Position numbers and translations under genes: made by a program
Origin: Thermomicrobiales bacterium
GTDB lineage: Bacteria; Chloroflexota; Chloroflexia; Thermomicrobiales; UBA6265
Direction of reading: 5' to 3'
DNA: 64,000 nt
NCBI GenBank assembly: GCA_023957015.1
Contig: JAMLHR010000003.1
Span: forward strand, 22,555 to 86,554
The notes under the pieces: model-generated
What the model was told of the DNA's origin: nothing
The model's database searches: none
The model's input: only the letters and a program-made list of their open reading frames with translations
Shown: positions 63,781 through 64,000 of the stretch, in pieces
How positions within the stretch are numbered: position 1 is the stretch's first letter
Layout of the letters: every line of letters starts with the position of its first letter

Positions 63781-64000
63781 GGGATTACTCCTTACTTTCC
63801 ATAAACGGATACTGTGGTTGTAAACGAATCGCTCATGCTGTCATTGAAAGGACTACGGATCATGGTGTGCATACGCGCCCACGTGTCTGTACTCACGCTT
63901 ATATGACGAACTCTCACAATTCATTCAGTTCCGCAATGGTGCCATACATGCGGACCATGCGTCCACAATTTGCTTCACTTGGGTACATATCGCCTATCTT

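Overview
GC-rich bacterial chromosomal window, densely coding on both strands.

**Left third (0.2-17.6 kb):**
- a siderophore-type binding protein, rnc, and prs (frame-broken)
- two paralogous anchored/secreted proteins of unknown function, a zinc-ribbon protein and a DUF1989-like protein
- hemH-hemY, an M23 peptidase, a PQQ-type sugar dehydrogenase, a GNAT and a C39-like peptidase
- a metX-metY operon behind a clear SAM-I riboswitch that the ORF track cannot show

**Middle (17.7-42.7 kb):**
- an MccF-like LD-carboxypeptidase
- a decayed patch: a DUF2249 gene and an aminoglycoside-6-nucleotidyltransferase-like relic flanked by ~45-nt direct repeats
- an enterochelin-esterase-like hydrolase, a GNAT, a GT39-like glycosyltransferase, an FNT channel and an S41 peptidase
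- sucA-sucB
- a Dpp-type ABC importer without an ATPase gene, followed by an M24 enzyme
- a translationally coupled MFS-ureohydrolase-MFS unit

**Right third (42.7-64 kb):**
- one ~11.2-kb locus for a giant LPXTG-anchored surface protein built from several repeat families; its near-identical 369-nt repeats include ~1 kb of insertion-riddled, frame-broken copies
- a multiply frameshifted DDE transposase relic bracketed by GCGATCGC-centred palindromes
- an Eis-like GNAT, a Yip1-like membrane protein and a DAO-type oxidoreductase
- a second Dpp-type importer without an ATPase gene

I saw no rRNA, tRNA or CRISPR array.

**Recurrent theme:** single-base indels interrupt otherwise well conserved genes, including normally essential ones. 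Several sit in short homopolymers and two are compensated pairs. Sequence quality versus genuine decay has to be settled before any pseudogene call is believed.

**Novelty:** I did not find a convincing novel multi-gene system. The best follow-up candidates are:
- the adhesin locus, possibly an island bracketed by a shared ~110-150-nt repeat element
- the uncharacterised paralogue pair at 3.1-5.5 kb
- the atypical M24/ureohydrolase/MFS cluster

All family assignments come from motif recognition by eye, not from database searches.
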